This document shows positions 61,402 through 64,000 of a stretch of DNA of 64,000 nt, in pieces. The notes under the pieces were generated by a model. That model was not told the origin of the DNA. It searched no databases and saw only the letters and a list, made by a program, of their open reading frames with translations. The DNA is from Candidatus Humimicrobium oleiphilum. Its GTDB lineage: Bacteria > Actinomycetota > Humimicrobiia > Humimicrobiales > Humimicrobiaceae. The stretch's first letter is position 1, and every line of letters begins with the position of its first letter. The position numbers and the translations under genes are program-made. The stretch spans positions 19,046-83,045 of the forward strand of contig DBPS01000009.1 of NCBI GenBank assembly GCA_002304935.1, in the 5' to 3' direction.

Positions 61402-62305
61402 AGCCAAAAAGAAGGTCTGTGATATAGGCGGACAGGCTGTCATAGAAGGCGTAATGATGAGAAGTAAAAACTTCTGGTCTATTGCTGTCAGGAAGCCGGA
61501 TGATACAATTTCAACCAATGTCTACAAGTCAGAACCGGTTTCAAAAAAACATAAGTTTTTAGGCTGGCCTTTCATAAGAGGAACAGTATCACTTGTTGAA
61601 AGCATGTCAATCGGATTCAGAGCGCTTAATTATTCGATAAATGAATCAACCGGAGAAGAAATCAAATTTTCAAAAAAAGAGATGGCGATTTCTGTAATTA
61701 TAGCAGTTCTGTTTACAGTGGGTGTTTTTTTTGTTCTGCCGACTGTGATTGGCAGAAGCTTCCAGTCAAGAATTGAAAATGCTTTTTTATTCAATCTTAT
61801 TGAAGGAGTTATAAGAATTGCTTTCTTTTTGTCCTATATCCTTATAATATCGCTTTTAAAAGATATAAGAAGACTTTTTCAATACCACGGTGCAGAGCAC
61901 AAAACAATTGCTGCTTTTGAACATGATGAAGAACTTGTTCCTGAAAAAATAAACAAATACACAACTATGCATATGAGATGTGGAACCAACTTCCTGCTGA
62001 TTGTAATGATTGTAGCTGTTTTCGTGTTTGCAATACTTGGGAAACCACCGATTTATCTTAGAATTATTTCAAGGGTACTGCTAATACCTGTAATAGCAGG
62101 AATCTCCTATGAGTTTATAAAGATTGCCGGAAAATATTCTGATAATAAATTTGTAAGGGTTCTTTTTTCTCCAGGGCTTCTTCTTCAGAAACTGACGACC
62201 AGGGAGCCTGATGACAAACAGGTTGAAGTTGCAGTTGCTTCTTTTAAGAAAGTTCTTGAAGCAGAAACTTCACTGAAAAATTCCAAATGCGATACGGGGT
62301 GTTGA
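61394..62305 (+). CDS. DUF1385 membrane protein (ATG overlapping thyX stop; ORF frame opens at 61292)
   Basis: YHGAEHKTIAAFE motif of DUF1385. Confidence 0.7.
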   Translation: MPEAKKKVCDIGGQAVIEGVMMRSKNFWSIAVRKPDDTISTNVYKSEPVSKKHKFLGWPFIRGTVSLVESMSIGFRALNYSINESTGEEIKFSKKEMAISVIIAVLFTVGVFFVLPTVIGRSFQSRIENAFLFNLIEGVIRIAFFLSYILIISLLKDIRRLFQYHGAEHKTIAAFEHDEELVPEKINKYTTMHMRCGTNFLLIVMIVAVFVFAILGKPPIYLRIISRVLLIPVIAGISYEFIKIAGKYSDNKFVRVLFSPGLLLQKLTTREPDDKQVEVAVASFKKVLEAETSLKNSKCDTGC

Positions 62306-62307
62306 TT

Positions 62308-63396
62308 ATGGCTGAATTTGAATTGCTGGATAAAATTGAAGTTTATGAAAAGAATTATTCTGAAATAATGCAGAAAATGGCTGAAGCCGGGAAATGCAAT
62401 GATATTGAGACGATAAAGGAATGCGGAAAAAAAATAGCCGACCTTGAGGAAATAATAGATCTTGCCAAAAAATACAGGACACAGTTAAATGCAATCGAGG
62501 ATGCAAGAGAGCTTATTAAAAATGAAAAAGATGAGGAAATGAAAGAATTTCTCAAAGAAGAACTTGCAGCCAGTATTGAGGAAAAAGAAAAGATAGAAAA
62601 GCAGATAAAAAGATTTTTAACCCCGAAAGATCCCAATGATAATAAAAATATTATTATTGAAATAAGAGGTGGCGCAGGAGGAGACGAGGCAGCACTTTTT
62701 GCAGGAGACCTTTACAGAATGTATACAAGATATGCTGAAAGCATGAAATGGCAGCATAAAGTACTTAGCTCAAACCCTCAGGGCATAGGCGGTTTTAAAG
62801 AAATAATATTTGAGATAAATGGTAAAGGCGCATTCGGTGATATGAAATATGAATCTGGCGTTCACAGAGTTCAGAGAATACCGATAACTGAGTCAAGTGG
62901 AAGAATTCACACATCTACCGTAACAGTAGCAGTCCTGCCTGAAGCAGAAGATGTTGATATACAGATAGATCCAAACCAGATAAGAGTCGACGTTTTCAGG
63001 TCAAGCGGACCGGGAGGGCAGTCTGTAAATACAACTGATTCCGCAGTCAGGATCACACATATACCTACCGGAATTGTAATATCCTGCCAGGATGAAAAGT
63101 CCCAGCTGCAAAACAAGGAAAGAGCTATGAAAATACTCAGGGCAAGATTGCTTGAAATAGAGCAGCAGAAGCAATTTGACCAGGAAACCCAGATGAGGCG
63201 CTCACAGATAGGGACAGGAGACAGGAGCGAGAGAATCAGGACTTACAATTTTCCCCAGAACAGGATTACCGACCACAGAATAAATTATACTACCCATCAG
63301 CTTGGTTCGATCCTTGAGGGGGAGATGAAAGAAATTATAGATGCGCTAAAGCTCGAAGATGAAGAAAAGAAACTTGAACAGATAGGAACTGTTTAG
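62308..63396 (+). CDS. prfA: peptide chain release factor 1 (ORF frame opens at 62287)
   Basis: GGQ motif (GGQSVNTTDSAVRITHIPTG) and PxT-type tripeptide (PIT). Confidence 0.9.
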   Translation: MAEFELLDKIEVYEKNYSEIMQKMAEAGKCNDIETIKECGKKIADLEEIIDLAKKYRTQLNAIEDARELIKNEKDEEMKEFLKEELAASIEEKEKIEKQIKRFLTPKDPNDNKNIIIEIRGGAGGDEAALFAGDLYRMYTRYAESMKWQHKVLSSNPQGIGGFKEIIFEINGKGAFGDMKYESGVHRVQRIPITESSGRIHTSTVTVAVLPEAEDVDIQIDPNQIRVDVFRSSGPGGQSVNTTDSAVRITHIPTGIVISCQDEKSQLQNKERAMKILRARLLEIEQQKQFDQETQMRRSQIGTGDRSERIRTYNFPQNRITDHRINYTTHQLGSILEGEMKEIIDALKLEDEEKKLEQIGTV

Positions 63397-63398
63397 AA

Positions 63399-64000
63399 TT
63401 GCAGAAGCAAGTCTGGACTATAAACAAACTGATTTCATGGACCATAGAATTTTTTAAACGGAAAAACATAAGCAACCCCAGACTTTCCGCAGAACTTCTT
63501 CTTTCACATATTCTGAATTTTACGAGAATGGAACTCTATCTTCATTATGATCTGATACCTGAAGACATTCAGCTTAAAAAATACAGGGAACTTATTTCAA
63601 AAAGATTGGAAAATGTACCAATTCAGTATTTGACAAAAGAAGCTTATTTTCGGAAGTTAAAGCTTTTTGTGGATGAAAGAGTGCTGATACCACGTCCGGA
63701 AACTGAACTTCTTGTAGATGAGGCTCTGGAAAAATTAAAAAAACTTTCTTTAAAAAAGAAAGAAGCAAAGATTCTTGAAATAGGCACCGGAAGCGGAGCA
63801 ATTTCCTTAAGCATTATTACCGAAATCCAGAAAATCTGTCCTGAAATATCTCTTGAAGTTATTGCAACAGAAAGAAGCGCAGGAGCTGTTGCAGTCGCGG
63901 AGAAAAATGCCAGGCTGATTTTAAAAGAAGAATATCCTGGTATTTTAAAAATCATTAATTGTAATATTCTGCCTGAGAATGATTCTGAATTTGATAACGG
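63399..64000 (+). CDS. prmC: release factor glutamine methyltransferase, N-terminal part (continues beyond window)
   Basis: HemK N-domain (WTINKLISWTIEFF) and SAM-binding EIGTGSGAISL; TTG start immediately after prfA. Confidence 0.75.
   Translation, partial: MQKQVWTINKLISWTIEFFKRKNISNPRLSAELLLSHILNFTRMELYLHYDLIPEDIQLKKYRELISKRLENVPIQYLTKEAYFRKLKLFVDERVLIPRPETELLVDEALEKLKKLSLKKKEAKILEIGTGSGAISLSIITEIQKICPEISLEVIATERSAGAVAVAEKNARLILKEEYPGILKIINCNILPENDSEFDN

Noticed and set aside
62900-62935. RF1 tripeptide reads PIT rather than PAT/PVT
   Set aside because: Still fits the PxT consensus. A conservative variant, unlikely to change stop-codon specificity.
1-64000. CRISPR arrays, transposases, integrases, phage genes and obvious defence-system genes
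   Set aside because: No direct-repeat/spacer periodicity and no recombinase or nuclease-type ORFs were found. The only mobile-like signal is the REP/MITE-like inverted repeat at 43.5-43.9 kb.

Overview
This 64 kb window looks like a chromosomal segment of a low-GC (~30% GC), probably anaerobic bacterium. It has AGGAGG-type ribosome-binding sites, a T-box-like leader, and bacterial Rho, L31 and RF1. It carries Firmicutes-like clusters (tmk-holB-yaaT/ricT, acpS-nnr-alr) alongside archaeal-flavoured enzymes (IorAB, iron-sulfur flavoprotein, TrpB2, ThyX, topoisomerase III-like).

Coding density is high, with about 60 genes. In order:
- glmM(3' end)-glmS-acpS-nnr-CBS-alr-isf.
- A run of small membrane proteins and lipoproteins, including a queuosine-precursor transporter (YhhQ).
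- An aromatic 2-oxoacid fermentation operon: iorA-iorB-ACT-paaK.
- A heteromeric long-chain prenyl-diphosphate synthase whose two subunit genes are separated by a B12-binding radical SAM gene, followed by an AEC-family permease.
- A TPR lytic transglycosylase and a patatin.
- nadC-nadB-nadA on the minus strand.
- A topoisomerase III-like gene.
- Class-I fumarate hydratase alpha and beta genes, convergent and overlapping.
- tmk-holB-yaaT, tRNA-Thr(CGU), argS-lysA-hom-thrC-thrB.
- A ROK-like kinase and an old-yellow-enzyme/FAD reductase.
- A REP/MITE-like composite inverted repeat.
- A T-box-like leader in front of trpB2.
- hcp.
- An arsenic/thiol-redox island: arsM, an arsD-like gene, two arsR, HD, a permease, thioredoxins, ccdA and acr3.
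- A membrane-anchored GH1 and a heme-b-like small membrane protein paired with a Cys-less Mo-domain protein.
- rho-rpmE-thyX-DUF1385-prfA-prmC(5' end).

There is no CRISPR array, no recognisable transposase or integrase, and no obvious defence system.

The most system-like unexplained locus is the prenyl-synthase/B12-radical-SAM/permease module at 14.5-19.3 kb. The most unusual noncoding structure is the four-copy inverted repeat at 43.5-43.9 kb, next to a T-box-like leader.

All identifications come from reading motifs in the translated ORFs and the DNA; no database search was possible.
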